64,000 bases of DNA from Camelus dromedarius. Its lineage: Eukaryota. The stretch is from the NCBI RefSeq assembly GCF_036321535.1, contig NC_087437.1, positions 77,130,001-77,194,000 on the forward strand, written 5' to 3'. Under the pieces are notes generated by a model. That model searched no databases and was not told the origin of the DNA. It saw only the letters and a list, made by a program, of their open reading frames with translations. The position numbers were made by a program, and so were the translations under genes. Positions 49,160-62,779 of the stretch are shown here, in pieces. Position 1 is the stretch's first letter. Every line of letters begins with the position of its first letter.

Positions 49160-50075
49160 GCCCTTATAGAACTTACGTTCTGATGAAGGGACGCAGATAA
49201 GAGAAAATAAAAATGATAATTAGGTAAATTATACAGTTAGGTAGTAACAGATATGGAACAGAAAACAGAGGAGGTTAAGTAGATTGAGAATGCAGTACAA
49301 GGGATCACAATTTTTAAAAAGGTAGTCAGTTTCCTTCATTGAGATAAGATTTAGACTAGGAGACCAAGAAGTTAAGGGTATTAGTGCTGTGTGAATATCT
49401 GGGGCAAGAACAATCTGATTAGGTGGAAGGACACCACGAAAGTCTTAAAATAAGACAATGCCTGGCATGTTTAAAAAAAAGACAAAAAAAAAAAAAAAAA
49501 AAAAAGCAGAGGACTGAGAAGGAATGGCAATGAGATAGGAAGAGAGACTGAGAAGGTGGTATCCCGGAAGCAAAGAGGCAAAAGCAAAAAAAAAAAAAAG
49601 AGGGAGAAGTGATCATCTGTGTCAAATCCTTGGCCTATAACTGGCCAAGTGAAATAAAGACTGAGAATTGATCAATAAATTTAGCATTACATAAATTCTT
49701 GGTGATCTTGCAGGAGCAAAGAGTTGTAGGGGCAAAAATTAAGTTGGAGTGGGTTTAAGAGAGAGTGGGAGAAAAGTAATTAAAAACAGCGGAGATGACA
49801 AATTCAAGGAATTTTGCAGCAGGTAGAAAGTGAAAATTAATACAGTTCATGGGGAGAAATAGGGGGATGTAAGCTCAGGAGAATTTTTTCATTTTACTTT
49901 TTGTTTATTTGTTTGGTTTTTTAAGGCTGGTTTCTTAACTCAATAATCCAGTGGAGAAGGGAGAAAGTGAATGATGTAAGAGAGAAAGGGAGAATTGTTG
50001 GAGCAGTGTTTTTTTGGGTGAGAGGAGATTGGACTTAACCAGGTAGAGAGATTGGCTTTAGAAAAGAATGTGAAA
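49160..50075 (-). mobile_element. L2 LINE fragment(s)
   Basis: tgcccttatagaacttacgttct; gtgatcatctgtgtcaaat...aagactgagaattga; ggagtgggtttaagagagagtggga. Confidence 0.75.
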
Positions 50076-50638
50076 TATGATGCAGTGGAATAGAAATAAC
50101 CTTCTTTATGACAGGATTTTGTAAAGATAGTTGTTTAATGGTAGTAATAATAATTAGAATCACTAAATCCATACCACAAGGTAGAAACATAATAGTATTT
50201 ATATTAATTTCTGTATGGTAAAGTGCAAGTTTTTCTAAGTGGACCTCACTAAAAAAACCAATGAAAATTCCTTAAAGAGTCATGGTAAAAGAAATCTTTT
50301 ACATAGGATGGTATGATCTTTACTCATAACATCTTTATTCTTGAAATACCAGATTGAGCTGATCATTCTCTATGTGTTTCATGTTATTATTAATCTTAAA
50401 CTTTTAGTAAAATGATAGACATATTTTTCTGAAAGAGCCCTTTGTATGGTGAGAGAAATCCCTCACTCTATGCTTATTAATCTTCACCTGATTAAGAATT
50501 TTTACCTTAAGAACAGGAGCTGTAGAAATGATATTTTAAAAGTTTGCTTTCACTCAGTAGTTTTGGAAATCTCTTGATGCATGGCTGTATTCTCTCTCTC
50601 TTTCCTCCTGTGGTTTGCCCCACTGAAGCTCGTTTAAT

Positions 50639-50664
50639 AAATTAAAATTAAAATTAAAATTAAT
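50639..50664. repeat. (AAATT)n pentanucleotide repeat
   Basis: aaattaaaattaaaattaaaattaat. Confidence 0.6.
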
Positions 50665-51453
50665 GTTAGTCTCAGTCCTCAAACTCAGTCATGTAAGAAA
50701 TGTAAAAATTATTACTTTCTTTATTTGCATTATAGCTACTTAAATTCAACTCTCACCTTCCATCCCATTGAACTAGGAGGGCATTCAATTTCAGTCCTAA
50801 AAGGGACTTTTTCCTTCCCAGAGGCATCCACTCTTCTTAAGAGTTTTTCGTAAATATGCTTTCCCTCAATTAATAAAATAAAGGCAATATTATCCTATTT
50901 ATTTATTTATATCTATATACATTTAAATTTGTCTAATTATTAAATCATTTATGACCACATCCCCACAGATTAAACCTTTAAGGTTCCAAACATCCTCCTC
51001 AACGTGATTTTATCAGTAATTCAATAAGAATATTCTTTTGATCTCCTCATCCACATTGACAATTTTATTATTGACTGTAAAAAGCATAATACATTGAGCT
51101 ACTGATAATTATTATTTTATCATAGGCTTCCATCCAATCAAAAATCCATGAACTTAGTCTTGATCATATCTACATACCAAAAATTTAACTGTGTATGCAT
51201 GAAATTATGCCTTTTTCCTCTTATTTTTCCAACCAGTTCTTAACTTTGATCTGGAAAGGAAATATACTTGTCTAAATAGATTTGGCTCAGTAAAATTACA
51301 CTGATGTTCAGAATAATTTGGAATCTAAGAAATAAAAATGTTAAAATATTAAAATTTAATAAGTATTAAAATAATTTTCCTTATTACTGGTGAAATCAAG
51401 GGTAATCTCTAGTTAGATCCATTAAACTATAACTTGCTTAATAAATAATAAAC

Positions 51454-51996
51454 TGTAACCTGGCTTCATTACTCAAGCTCGCTTTGTTTTTTTTTTTTTT
51501 TTTTTTAACAAAAACTTGCATGTCCTCCGAGCATCACGTGGCCTAACCAATAAGTTGTTTGCCCAAGTCAAACAACTTGGAGTCGGCTGTGTCCGGTGTG
51601 AGCTCAAGCCAGTTAAGACTGGTTGGGGCCACTGACTCTCTATCAGGGCACACGCATGTGTCCAATCGGTGACATCAGAGGGTCAAAAACGCCACCCTCA
51701 GAGATGCCATTTTGAAACAAGCACCCCAGGAAGAAGCTTAGTTGTGCCTGAGCAGAATGACAGTTACCTCAGCATTTTCTTACCTGCTGTCACCTTCCCC
51801 CAAGCTCCCCACACCTCAGATTTAGCCCACAAATATCCAGAGACCCCCGCCTTAGGGAAGGTGAATTTGAGATTTGTTCTCCCATCTCCTCACTTGGCTG
51901 CCTTGTGAATAAACCTCTTCTCTGCCACAGACCTCTACATCTCAACATTTGGTGTGCTGTGTCTTGGGCGGAGGAACTTTGTTCATTCACTTAGCA
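51454..51996 (+). mobile_element. ERV1-type solo LTR (family unassigned)
   Basis: Starts tgtaac; GC-richer than flanks; CCAAT boxes; ccttagggaaggtgaatttgaga...tctcc..cttggctgccttgtgaataaacctcttctctgc is a typical ERV1 R/U5 with AATAAA. No TSD seen. Confidence 0.7.
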
Positions 51997-54234
51997 CTGG
52001 GAAAGGACAGAACTGACTCTAACACTCAGCTTCTTAGCTTAGTTGTAGTAGTAGCACCCAGAGCAGCAGCAGTGCATGTTTCAGGTCTGGGAGGGGGAAG
52101 GGAAGGGAGAAGAGTCAGACCACCCACTTCACCCAGATTCCTACAGGATCAGGATACGGAATATTAGGCTCAGACATGAAAGTTTTGTTTAGGGCTAAGA
52201 ATATGTATGACAGGTATACTGAACATAGATAATGACTGATGATGTTCACAAGAGAGTTTTGTATATACATGTAAGCCCTCACAAATCTGAGGGATCCCAA
52301 AGTCTATAAAATCTAGCCTGATGTTTATTATTAATGAGTGATGATGTACAGTTGGGGGAGAGAGACGAGAGTATGCCTGTGTGTAGATAAAGTGATATAA
52401 GCAACTGGATAGGTTAGAGCAAAGGAAATACTTCCCGAAGCAAGGGAGGGAAAATCATGGTGATTTTATAAGAATGTAAACATATAAAAGTTAAATCATG
52501 TGAATATTTTAAAATGTATTGGATTGTTAATCATAGTGTGCCAATAAAATATAACACAACAGATGTGCTTCTGGCAGATGCTAAAAAAAACTGTTACTTT
52601 GTAGAACCACATCCTCCATAGTTATTGGTTAATTATATCCATGCCTATTGATGGAAATCACAGACTCCAGCTTCCCTAGAGCTTCAATTATGGTAATTAG
52701 TTCAATCTATAGACAAGCTGAGTTCACTGCACGTGTGTGTACCCTCAACACACATGGTTATACACATACTATTATATAATTTGAGAGCTTTCCTTTATGT
52801 GTTGGATTAAAATTTATCAAATTTGTAGCAAATTATGAAAATATGCAATTACCTTCCCATTAATTTAAAAACTGTTTTCTTCTATTATTTGCCTCTCTGT
52901 TTCGTTATGTCCTTAAATATACTTTTAAATTATTCTTAGAATCTTTGTATTATAAAGCTTAGGGAGAAGGATAAGAATTAGGCATAGAAGTCTGAATAAT
53001 ACTACCATTTAGATTTATAAGGATACCAACCAGATTCTAAAAACAATTCTTTTGTACAGATCTATGTATATTTTTAAAATTAAAAAGAACCATAGTCTTT
53101 TATTTTCCTTTTTTATTTGATGTGACAGTACAAGTAAGTATACTCTGAAATTTTCCCATATCCTTTTCAGTTTTGCATATTGCCTTTTTTGGGAGTGACG
53201 TTTAACGTGACACTAGTACATTTTATATCACAGGCAAACAAAATATCCTTGATCTGGAATTGAAGTAAGATGAGATGAAAATGATTGGACAGGCAAATAT
53301 GTTAGGGGAATGTGCTTGCAGCTTGAAGTGTTTCATAACTGTCTCCAGCATCTGCACCAAAGATGATGTCATTTAAAACAGCTTTTTGAAAATGCCACTT
53401 CCCTGCACATTCAGCTTCATGTCATTGTGTATTCATAGCAGGCCTGTTATTAAAAACAGTCTGAGGCCATATGAGTACCAATCATGGTTAGGATAGTTTA
53501 GTTTACTAAGTCATTTCTTTTTTAATTCCAAGTTTAGCTAAAACCTAGTTTTAAACTTAGGATGACAGTATCTCCGTGTGCAGTGGAAGACATGTTTGTC
53601 CCCTGTAAGAGTAGATGGTATCCAATGTATTTTAAGAGACCGTAACATTCTTACCTCCAGAAAAGCAGCTATCCTATCCTGCTATCGCTTTAAACTCAAG
53701 TATTTGATTTACTGCTTTTAGTTAGGGTAGTGATATGACATGAACTCTAATATGTAAGATAAATCAAACTGAGGTGAGTCGGTCAGACCCATCCTTTCTT
53801 ACACTTATTTGCAAATGATCCACACCAACTCCTACTCCCTCCCCAGCTGCCCAGGGGGCACCTCTGTAAACCACAGGATTCTAAAGAACTGCATTAGGGC
53901 ATTGTTTCCAACAGACCATGCCATGGTATCTGTGTATTTGATGGCAAGAGAAATGGTCCAAACCAAGCCTACCCTCTATTATGTTGCTACTGATGTGATA
54001 GCCATACAGAGAGCACTTGTGGAAATGAAACACAAGGAAATAGAAAACTTTGATGAATACTTGAGAGATATGAAGACTGAAAAAAAGTAGAAAATTTGAA
54101 GATCTACAGACATGAGAACATCTGCTTAACATGCCAGTGACTCAAATAACGCTTACAGAGAACTCATCATAGTAGGATAAGGTGCTATAATATAAAGTTA
54201 GTGAAGAAAAATTGTCATTATAACTAAAAATTAC

Positions 54235-54375
54235 TGCATTTGATATATTGAGGAAAAGACAACAAAAAATGCATTAAAAATCAGTGGTCTATTCTATATG
54301 ACTTTTTTTCCTTTTTGTATAACTCAACATTTTCTATACTAAATATGTAATACTTTGTGACAGACAATTAATAAG
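54235..54375 (+). mobile_element. L1ME-like 3' end fragment
   Basis: cagtggt...tgactttttttcctttt...attttctatactaaatatgtaatactttgtga. Confidence 0.45.
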
Positions 54376-55504
54376 CTTTTTTTTTTTTTTTATAAAAAAG
54401 AATCCTTACCTTTCCCAATTCTTCCTTCCCTCACATGTTTGGGAGGGACCTTGGTGGAGTCATAATTAAAACCTAGACAAAGCTTTTCACCTAAGAGTAA
54501 TCTGAGTCATGTTAACAGTCATGTTATTACAGCAACTATGGAAGGTATAGAGATTAAGGGACATCCTCTCTCCCAATTCAGATCTCTATCATATTCTTTA
54601 TTATGTATTATGATTATGACGACAAACTACTTTGCTGAAGAATACAAAAGGTCAGATGGGTGGAGAAGGGCATACAAACCCTGTCAGATGTGAGATGTGT
54701 GTAGATTGCTTAAGTCCTAAAGGGGAAGGGTGCCAGGTAATCTGAACAGTTTAAATAAGGATGTAAGACATAGAAATCATGATATATTTGGAAAATGGGA
54801 ATTTAAGTGCAGCATAAATAGTATGCTAGTGCCCTGAATTTAAACACTTTTCCCAGTGTGAAGTCTTCTAGTTAAGTGAGCCCCTGCTGTGACTTGTTTC
54901 TTTTACCTTTCTTGCTGCTTATTTAATGAGGAGTCTTGGAAAAGTATGTGACACCTTTCTAGAATGAATGCTAAATGCAAAAGCATTTGGGTACTTAGTG
55001 TGTTTATTGTAGATTTATTGCTAATTCTTTTAATTTGCTGGCATCATCGGGCATATAAATCTACAACCGGCAATCTGTGGTTTACTTCCACATTGTTTTT
55101 TTTGTTTTTGTTTTTTAACCTTCTGAGGCAGTCTTGACTTGACACCAGCCAGGGAGACAGGGAGATACACAAAAGGTCTCAGTTCCCAGGACAATGGTAA
55201 CTTGGAGGAAGGAAACTCACAAAGCTGTTGGTTTATTGGGTAAAGGAGTGAAGCAAGAATTTCTTACACTATAATTTATTCTAGCTAGAACCCCAGCAAC
55301 CTAAGTCAAATAAAGCTTAAAAAAAGTATTAAAGAAGAACGTAATAAAACAATACCTGACCCAGAAAGATAGCTAAAAAATATTGCAGTTATCCTTTTCT
55401 GTATTTTTCTCTTAGTAAAATACATAATACTAACATGATAAACACAGTATCCATACATATACACACATACTCGCCCATACATAATCATAATCTGTATGCA
55501 CGTT

Positions 55505-55533
55505 GTGTGTGTGTATAGATGTGTGTGTGTGTG

Positions 55534-55602
<69 letters not shown>
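55505..55602. repeat. Compound (TG)n(TA)n(CA)n(TA)n microsatellite
   Basis: Seen directly; long uninterrupted (CA)n and (TA)n tracts. Confidence 0.97.
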
Positions 55603-55605
<3 letters not shown>

Positions 55606-56514
55606 CTTGAAAAATGGCTTTTCAAGTGCAAGGATATATCATTTTAAATACAATGAAAAGTGGAAATGTTTTTCTGTTTTCTTAATGCTAAATACATGGG
55701 CAAACACTAAGAACATGGAAATAAGCCCTCTACTCCTAATTCTCCTTGTTTATATAACAATAAAAAATTAGTCTTCTATCTGCCTCTTTGATGAATGTCT
55801 TTGGCTCTATTCAGTAAGCAAAGATTGATACCCATTTCTGGAGGTATTTACTTAAAGAGTTGAGAAAAAGCAATTTAAAAGGTGTAGAGGGCACCTTTTC
55901 ATCCAGTTTATTCACCCACTGCCCACATCCTCACTATAAAAATCTGTCTTCATTTTTCTTAAAAAATAACCTGCATATTAACTCTTCTGTGAATTCAAGC
56001 CACTGCATTTCCATTTACCTCATTCCTCTAAGATCTGTTCAACCACTACGCTTAATCTAAATGTTTCACAAGCTTATGAACAAGACACACTCAATTGTAG
56101 AATTGAGGAACTCAGAATCTAAAGAATTACAACTTAGCCTTAAGGTCATCTAGGTTCCTTTTGGTATTTTATTTTGTGGTCTTCAGTATTATGTGGGAGA
56201 TAGACACATACACACACCACTTAATTTTTCAAAAAACAAAATCCATTTGCTTTCTTTCAGGACAGCCTGCCAAGGAGAAACCACTTTCCTTCATAGATCC
56301 CTGCCACCATGAAATATACAAAATTAAAGGAAAGTTAAATGTATGTATGTAGACAGTAGGTACTGTGACTCTACTGGTGGAAGTCACTCTGAAGAAGATA
56401 CTCTTATGGCCTCAAGATCTACAGGTCAGGATAAGTCCATCCCAGACCCTAGGAACACTGGAAATTCCAGAGGTGTGGATGGGGGTAGAAAGCTTCCATC
56501 TTATTTTTAGAGTT

Positions 56515-56685
56515 TTTAATAAATTTCAGTTATTACTAGGTGCTATATAACACTTAATATTTCATTTAATATTTACAGTAGTCATAAAAATAGATACTAC
56601 TACCCCAATTTTTCACATACAGCAATAGATAAAAATAACAGATCCAAAGTCACAGAGCAAACTATGGCCAGAGCCAGTGAGTTTG
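56515..56685 (-). mobile_element. MIR fragment
   Basis: atttcatttaat...tactaccccaattttt...ccaaagtcacagagc..atggccagagcca. Confidence 0.5.
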
Positions 56686-57479
56686 GTAACCTTTTATTTT
56701 TTTGTGATTCTAAACACAGAGAAAAATACAGACAGGTTAGTATTGTCATGTAAACTGTTTATGTGATCTTTTGCCTTCCATTTGAATATTCCCTTTATAC
56801 ATTTTAGGAATATATTTAGGTTATAATGGAAAGCAGTGATGCTGAAATAAATTAAACATCATTCTTGATCTCAAAATATTTGCAATTAAGATATGGAAAA
56901 AAAAAACCAATTACCTAAAACGTTAAATAATGTTACAGAAATAATTCAAAACATTTTAAAATGCCAAAAGACATTGTACTTATTACTAATTACCAAATCA
57001 ATTATACAGGCAACCAGGAATTCAGTATCAAAAGCAAAAGACAGTTAACATTTAATTTTCCCCCATTTTTATGCAATACCAACTTTTTCATTCAATAATT
57101 ATTTTTGAGCATCACTATGTTCCAAGCTTATAATAGGTAATTTGGAAACAACTATTATTATAGCACAAATATTAATATAATATGAATTTGCCTATGGTTT
57201 TACAATATAATATGTAAACTACTATAACTGCAGTAAGTAACCAATCTAGTCTTGGAGAATTATGACAGTAAAACATCTATCAATTTTTCACATGAATCCA
57301 GATTCAATCACGAGTTAAAGCCCTTTCCATGGATCAGATAGCTTGCCTTTCACTAACTATTCCTGCATTATCATATTTCATTGTCTTTGTTTATGCTACT
57401 CATTAAGCATAAAGTGCTTTTTCTTCCATTTGTAATGATAAAACTCCTACCTGTCTTAAGACAAATTGCCAAACATCTC

Positions 57480-58860
57480 ATATAAATGTAAATTGTTACA
57501 ATCTTTCCAGAAACCTATTGGCCAGCATACAGCATTTAAGATCCTAAAAAATATTTGTAAATTTTGATCCACTTTTAGAAATGGTAAAGGTGTAAAGAGA
57601 AACGTGCACAACATTGTAAGTCACAATATTATGTATGACAATGGAAAATTGAAAATAACTTAAATACAACACAGAAATAAGTCATCTTAATTTCTAATGC
57701 CATTGTATGCACATTTATTTAGACTAAGTGCTTTTACGACAGAAAGAGAAATTATTTAAATAGTGATGTCCATGTAACCCAACACAAAGCCTTCCCTCAG
57801 AAGTTTAGGTCCCAGAAAAAATATTTGGGAGACAATTCTGCCACTCATCCCTTCACTTCACCACTTGGTGGGATCATCTTAAATGATAACTGGCGTATGA
57901 ACATTCTAAACTTAATCCAACTAATTCATCTGGTGTTCATTCAAAGAAACAGCAATCAGATGTAAATTTGACCCTTAGTGATTTTTGTCTTACTTTCTAA
58001 ATTGCTGACTTTACAAATTAAACCCTACATTTGTTGAAACTTCATAGCACATAAACAGGACAAAATAGAATACAGCCATTAAAACAGTGTCATAGTAGGA
58101 AAAAAATGAATAAAAATATTCTTAAGTGTTTCCATATTATTGAGTAAGAAAAATATTTTCTATATATGGGATTAATAGAAAAAATATTTGACTGCATAAA
58201 AATTAAATTGTTACATCAAATAACAACAAATTTGAATTCCACTAATTGTGGAAAAAGTTAAATATATAAATGAAATTATTATTGCTTTTAAAATATAAAT
58301 TGAAAGGTTAATGAGAAAAATCATGCTTACTGTTTTAAAAATATGGAAAGAACGGGGATAGATCATTCCTAAAAAAGGCACTCTTATGCAAAAATTATCA
58401 GGAAACATGGAAAAATAATATTAATGACACAAATATTTTAAAATGAGAAAAATAAAAAAAATTTTAAATGATATAACAGTACTGGTGAGGATGTGGCATA
58501 AAGATCATTATCAACCCTGCTGGTAGGGATGTAATTTTTTTTAGATCAATTCAATTTCTCAAGGACTAGGAAAGCTTTAAAATGTGCAAAACCCATTGAC
58601 CCAATAGTTTGATTATTATGAAGATTTGTTCTAATGAAATAGCATAGATATGTACAGAGATTTGGCTATTTACATTTCTATGCCACTGCTGTGATATCAA
58701 AAAAATGGAGGGGGAGAAGAAAACTCTAATGTCCAAGAATAGCAACTTGCTTGAGTAAATGATTTATCCAAAAAATGAATGACTATATGAATTTTAAAAT
58801 TAAATTGAAAGAGAACAGTTAATGCTCTTAAAAAATACTATTAAAGGAAAATAAAGTATT
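57480..58860 (+). mobile_element. Ancient L1ME-like fragments (discontinuous)
   Basis: atgtaaattgttacaatctttccagaaa; actggtgaggatgtgg...ctgctggtagggatgtaa; aaaatgtgcaaaacccattgacccaatag. Confidence 0.5.
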
Positions 58861-58869
58861 TTTATAAAA

Positions 58870-59565
58870 TATTTATTTACTTTAAACAGTGATTATTAGT
58901 GAGTATCTAGTATGTACCTGGAATGCTCCTAGAATTTTTTTATCCTCACAAGAGTTTACATTTCTAGTAGAAGACAGGCAATAAATGGTAGATAACTAGA
59001 TGAATAGAGTTTAGTTACATGATTGATAGATTATACATAAAGAAAGAGAGATACATGCATACATATTACATACATGCATGTTCAGATAGATACATAGATA
59101 GAGATATAGAGCTAAGTGGTGATAAGTGAAAATAGAACCAGAAAAAGACATATTAGAGTCTGTGGCATGTACTGGCATTGAGAAGACTTTTTCTTTCTTC
59201 CTTTCTTCCTCTCTCCCCCTCTCTCTTCCTCTCTCCCACTCTCTGTTCCTCTCTTTCTCCCTTTCTCTCTTTCTTTCTTTCTTTTTTAATGGAGCATGTG
59301 CTTATTGTGCTCTAGAAACAGCAAAACCAGGCAGGGAAGGACAGGATGAAAGAATAGACCCTGCTGGGCCTTACAGATCTTGATAACTTTGAATTTTACC
59401 CTGAAGCCAGAGGGAAAATTCTGAGAAGAAAAGTGGATGATTAGATTTACTTTTTAAGAGATCTGGTCTTCAATTTAAACAATTTTAAATTGCCATACTG
59501 GCTGCAAAGTGAAGATTAAACTAAATGTCAGTGGTGAAGGAAGAAGCAAGAAAACCAGGAGAAAC
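58870..59565 (-). mobile_element. L2 LINE fragment with internal CT-rich low complexity (about 59188-59288)
   Basis: tagtgagtatctagtatgtac...agagtttacatttctagtagaagacagg; ctttgaattttaccctga. Confidence 0.55.
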
Positions 59566-59589
59566 ACAGACATATTTTGTCTATCTTTT

Positions 59590-60985
59590 CTTTCCTCAAA
59601 TATTTATCAAATACCTAATCTTCATCAGACATTGGGAGTATAGCAGTAAACAAAAGATTAAAAATTAGAGTTAATATCCTAGTAGAAAGAGACCAACAAT
59701 AATAAAGAAGTATAATATATAGTATGGTAGATGGCAGTAAATCCTGTAGAATAAAATAAAGTACAGATGGCTAGTGGTTAGTACCTGTAATTTTAAATTG
59801 TGTGTCAGGGCCAGCCTCAGTGCTAATTTTAATGCCTCATTGTTGGCATTTAAATGAAGACCTGAAGGAGACACGGTGGTAGACCGAGCAGACATCAGGG
59901 AGGAGCCAGCCAGGTAGATGAACACCGCAGTTGCTATACAGTTGATGACAGAGCAACTGGTGTGTTAAGGAGCAACAAAGAAGCCAATGTCCATGGAGCA
60001 AAAGGAGAAAAAGAAATAATAGAAGATGAGGACAGACATGAAAAGTAAGGGCGAGAAAGTGAATTGAAATTATAGTAGTCTCCATAGAGCACTGATAATT
60101 TTTTGGCTCTTACTCTGAAGGAGAAGGGGAAATATTGGAGAGATTTGAGCAGGAGTGACATGATATGGTTTACACTTTAAAAGGAGGACTTTTGTTGCCT
60201 TATTGGAAATAGATCTTAGGGGACAATGGCAGAAACAGGGAGACAACTTCAGAAGCTGCCTCCATTATCTAGATAAGAGAACATTATACTTGGAACTGAG
60301 GTGAACAACAATCATGAGATTCTAGGTATATTTTAATGGTCAGGCAAATGAGAAATTTGACCACTTTTGTGAAGAGTGTGAAAGAAAGAGAGAGGTCAAC
60401 TATGACCCAGATTTTTTTTTTTTTTGATTAACTGGAAAAATGACAAAGATTTAATCTATTTACTGGGAAAATAAGGCACTATTTCCTACTATTGGGAAGA
60501 CTGAAGAGAGAGCATGTTTTGAAGTGAAGACAGGGAACATCACAAATTTGATTTTAAATATTTTTAAGTCTGAAATGCCAATTGGCCAGCAGAGTGGGAA
60601 TGTAACAGTTCTGGGGTTCAGAGGAGAGATCCAAATTGAAGATAAAAATTGGTTGTTGTAAAGTATACGTGGTATTTAAGGTGAAAGGAATAGGTATAGT
60701 GAAAGGAAAGCAGAAAAGGAGGCTGAAGATTGTCCAGTGAGGGAGAAGGAAATCTAGGAGAATGTGATGTCATAGAAGACAAGAGAAGAAAAGAGCTAAT
60801 GAGAGCTAGTGAGTGATCTACTGTGTAAAATGTTGAATTTAGGTCACACAAAAATAGAACGAAGAATGGACCATTAGATATAGCATGGAGGTCACTGGTG
60901 GGCTTGAGAAGAACAGTTTAGGTGGAGGCAAAAGCCATTAGGATGGTTTCAAGAGAGAATGAGGACATTTTGCAAAGTAAGGAGC
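59590..60985 (-). mobile_element. L2 LINE fragment, relatively well preserved
   Basis: caaatatttatcaaatacct...tagcagtaaacaaaa; attggagagatttgagcaggagtgacatgatatggtttac..tttaaaagga; gaccattagatatagcatggaggtcactggtg. Confidence 0.85.
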
Positions 60986-60987
60986 TT

Positions 60988-61435
60988 ATACTCTTCAAAA
61001 ATGTCACGGTCAAGAAAGATGGGTTGGGATTAAAGTAGATTAAAAATATAAAATAAATAAATGCAAAAGGTAATACTGGGCCAGAAAAAAAAAATGTCTT
61101 TTTCTTTTGCTATAATGGACATTCATAGGACAATTGGTGAAATTTGAATAAGGTATCTAAATCACAATGATTTTATCAATGTCATCTTCATGATTTTAAT
61201 AATTCTATTGTGGCATGAAAAAAGATGTCTGTTTTGAAGAAATAATATGGAACTTATAATTAAAAAGGCATCATAGCAGCAACTTGCTCTTAAATGATTC
61301 AGAGAGAGAGTGAATGTTAATGTGGTAAAATAATACTTTAGGGATCTGAGTAATGGGTATCTGAGAATTGTCCTATTTTTGAAACTTCTCTGTAAGTCTG
61401 AAATTATTTCAAAATAACAATAAAATAAATAGTTA
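60988..61435 (+). mobile_element. L1MC4/5-like LINE-1 3'UTR
   Basis: tactcttcaaaaatgtca; ggacattcataggacaattggtgaaatttgaata; end aacttctctgtaagtctgaaattatttcaaaataa. Confidence 0.85.
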
Positions 61436-62779
61436 AAATATTTAAAAGTAAAAGAATGGGAGAGGCGGAGATAAAGGGAAAAGCAGCAGGCTAACTTGGG
61501 GACATCTTTCCCTTTCATAACTTTCTAACTAGCTGTTCTCTAATACATTAAGCCTTATCTTGCAGGCTTTTTTTTTTTTTCCCCTTGTCTTTTCTTGCAG
61601 CTAAGTCAGTGGATCTTTCTTTTCTTTAAAAAAAATCTCTTCCTTCTAATTTGAAAGTAATAATAAAGGGTCTTTAAAAAAAAACAATCCCAAATCTCCT
61701 TGATTTTCTGAGCAAGCTTGATTCCTAAATAATGTGTTTTAATTCTAGACCTTTTAAATTGCTTTTTCAATCTTTGAGTTTACAATAAATTTATTGAATT
61801 TTTCTCTTCTTCAATCTTAAGAGCATTGCATGTTCTCTTTATAATTAGGTCCTTCATCGCTTTGTATCTGTTCATTAATAAGCCCCCCCATCATTCCGTT
61901 TAATGAAGCCTTTCTCAGTCTAAAGCTGTAGTCAGCGCCCATGAAATGAACAAATCCAGAGCCAACTTGATAACAGTCTCTGGAGAGATGATTCGTAAGT
62001 CTGTAGACAGGCTGCTTGAATCTGAGAGCTGATAATTACCACAGTTTCCCCGTTGAGCCCTGAAAATATAGATATGGTCTTGGGGGAGGGCAGATTTTTA
62101 ATGAGAAAAAAAGATGAAAAAAAAAAAGGTCAGGAGTTTCTAAAGGAGGCTGGATATCCTTATAAAAGATGAGGATTAGTCTGTTAATGAATAATGAAAA
62201 AAAAAATGCCTGTTTCCAAACTGGATAGTGGTATCAAATCTAAGTCACAGGAAGATTATTTTGGTGACAGTGTGAAGAATGGATTTGGAGGAAGAATTTT
62301 AGGAGAGGGACACCCACTGGAATTTCAATACAGAGAATAATCAAGTGTAGTTCATAGAGGAAATGGGATCTTGTGTGGGGACAGAAGTGAGTGACTTTGA
62401 TCATGAGACTAGACAACAAATGATTGTTCTTCACAATAGAATGAAAACTAAGCTCCATTTCATTAGTTTGCTAATGTCTTCCCCTTGCTGTATATGTTTG
62501 TCTTGCTACCATATTTATTCATGATGATGTGTGCATATGGGCAAACAGATGCTAATTTCTGCCTCATTTAGAGGTGATGTCTCGTTTTGCCTCCTCTGTC
62601 CTTGGGAAGCATTCCCAAGGACTTAGTCCTATAGCATGAAACCCCTGTACACTTCCACTCTGAATTTTGTCAAGTCTGTCAAAGATTTAACTTCTCTATA
62701 TAACTCCCCCAGCTTGCCAGATAGCATGAATCTGGAATGAAAGTTAGAAATATTCCCATATCTCCTGGCATAGAGGTAG

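Noticed and set aside
55306..55771. ORFs with CVCV/HTHT/YIYI runs
   Set aside because: Translations of the microsatellite.
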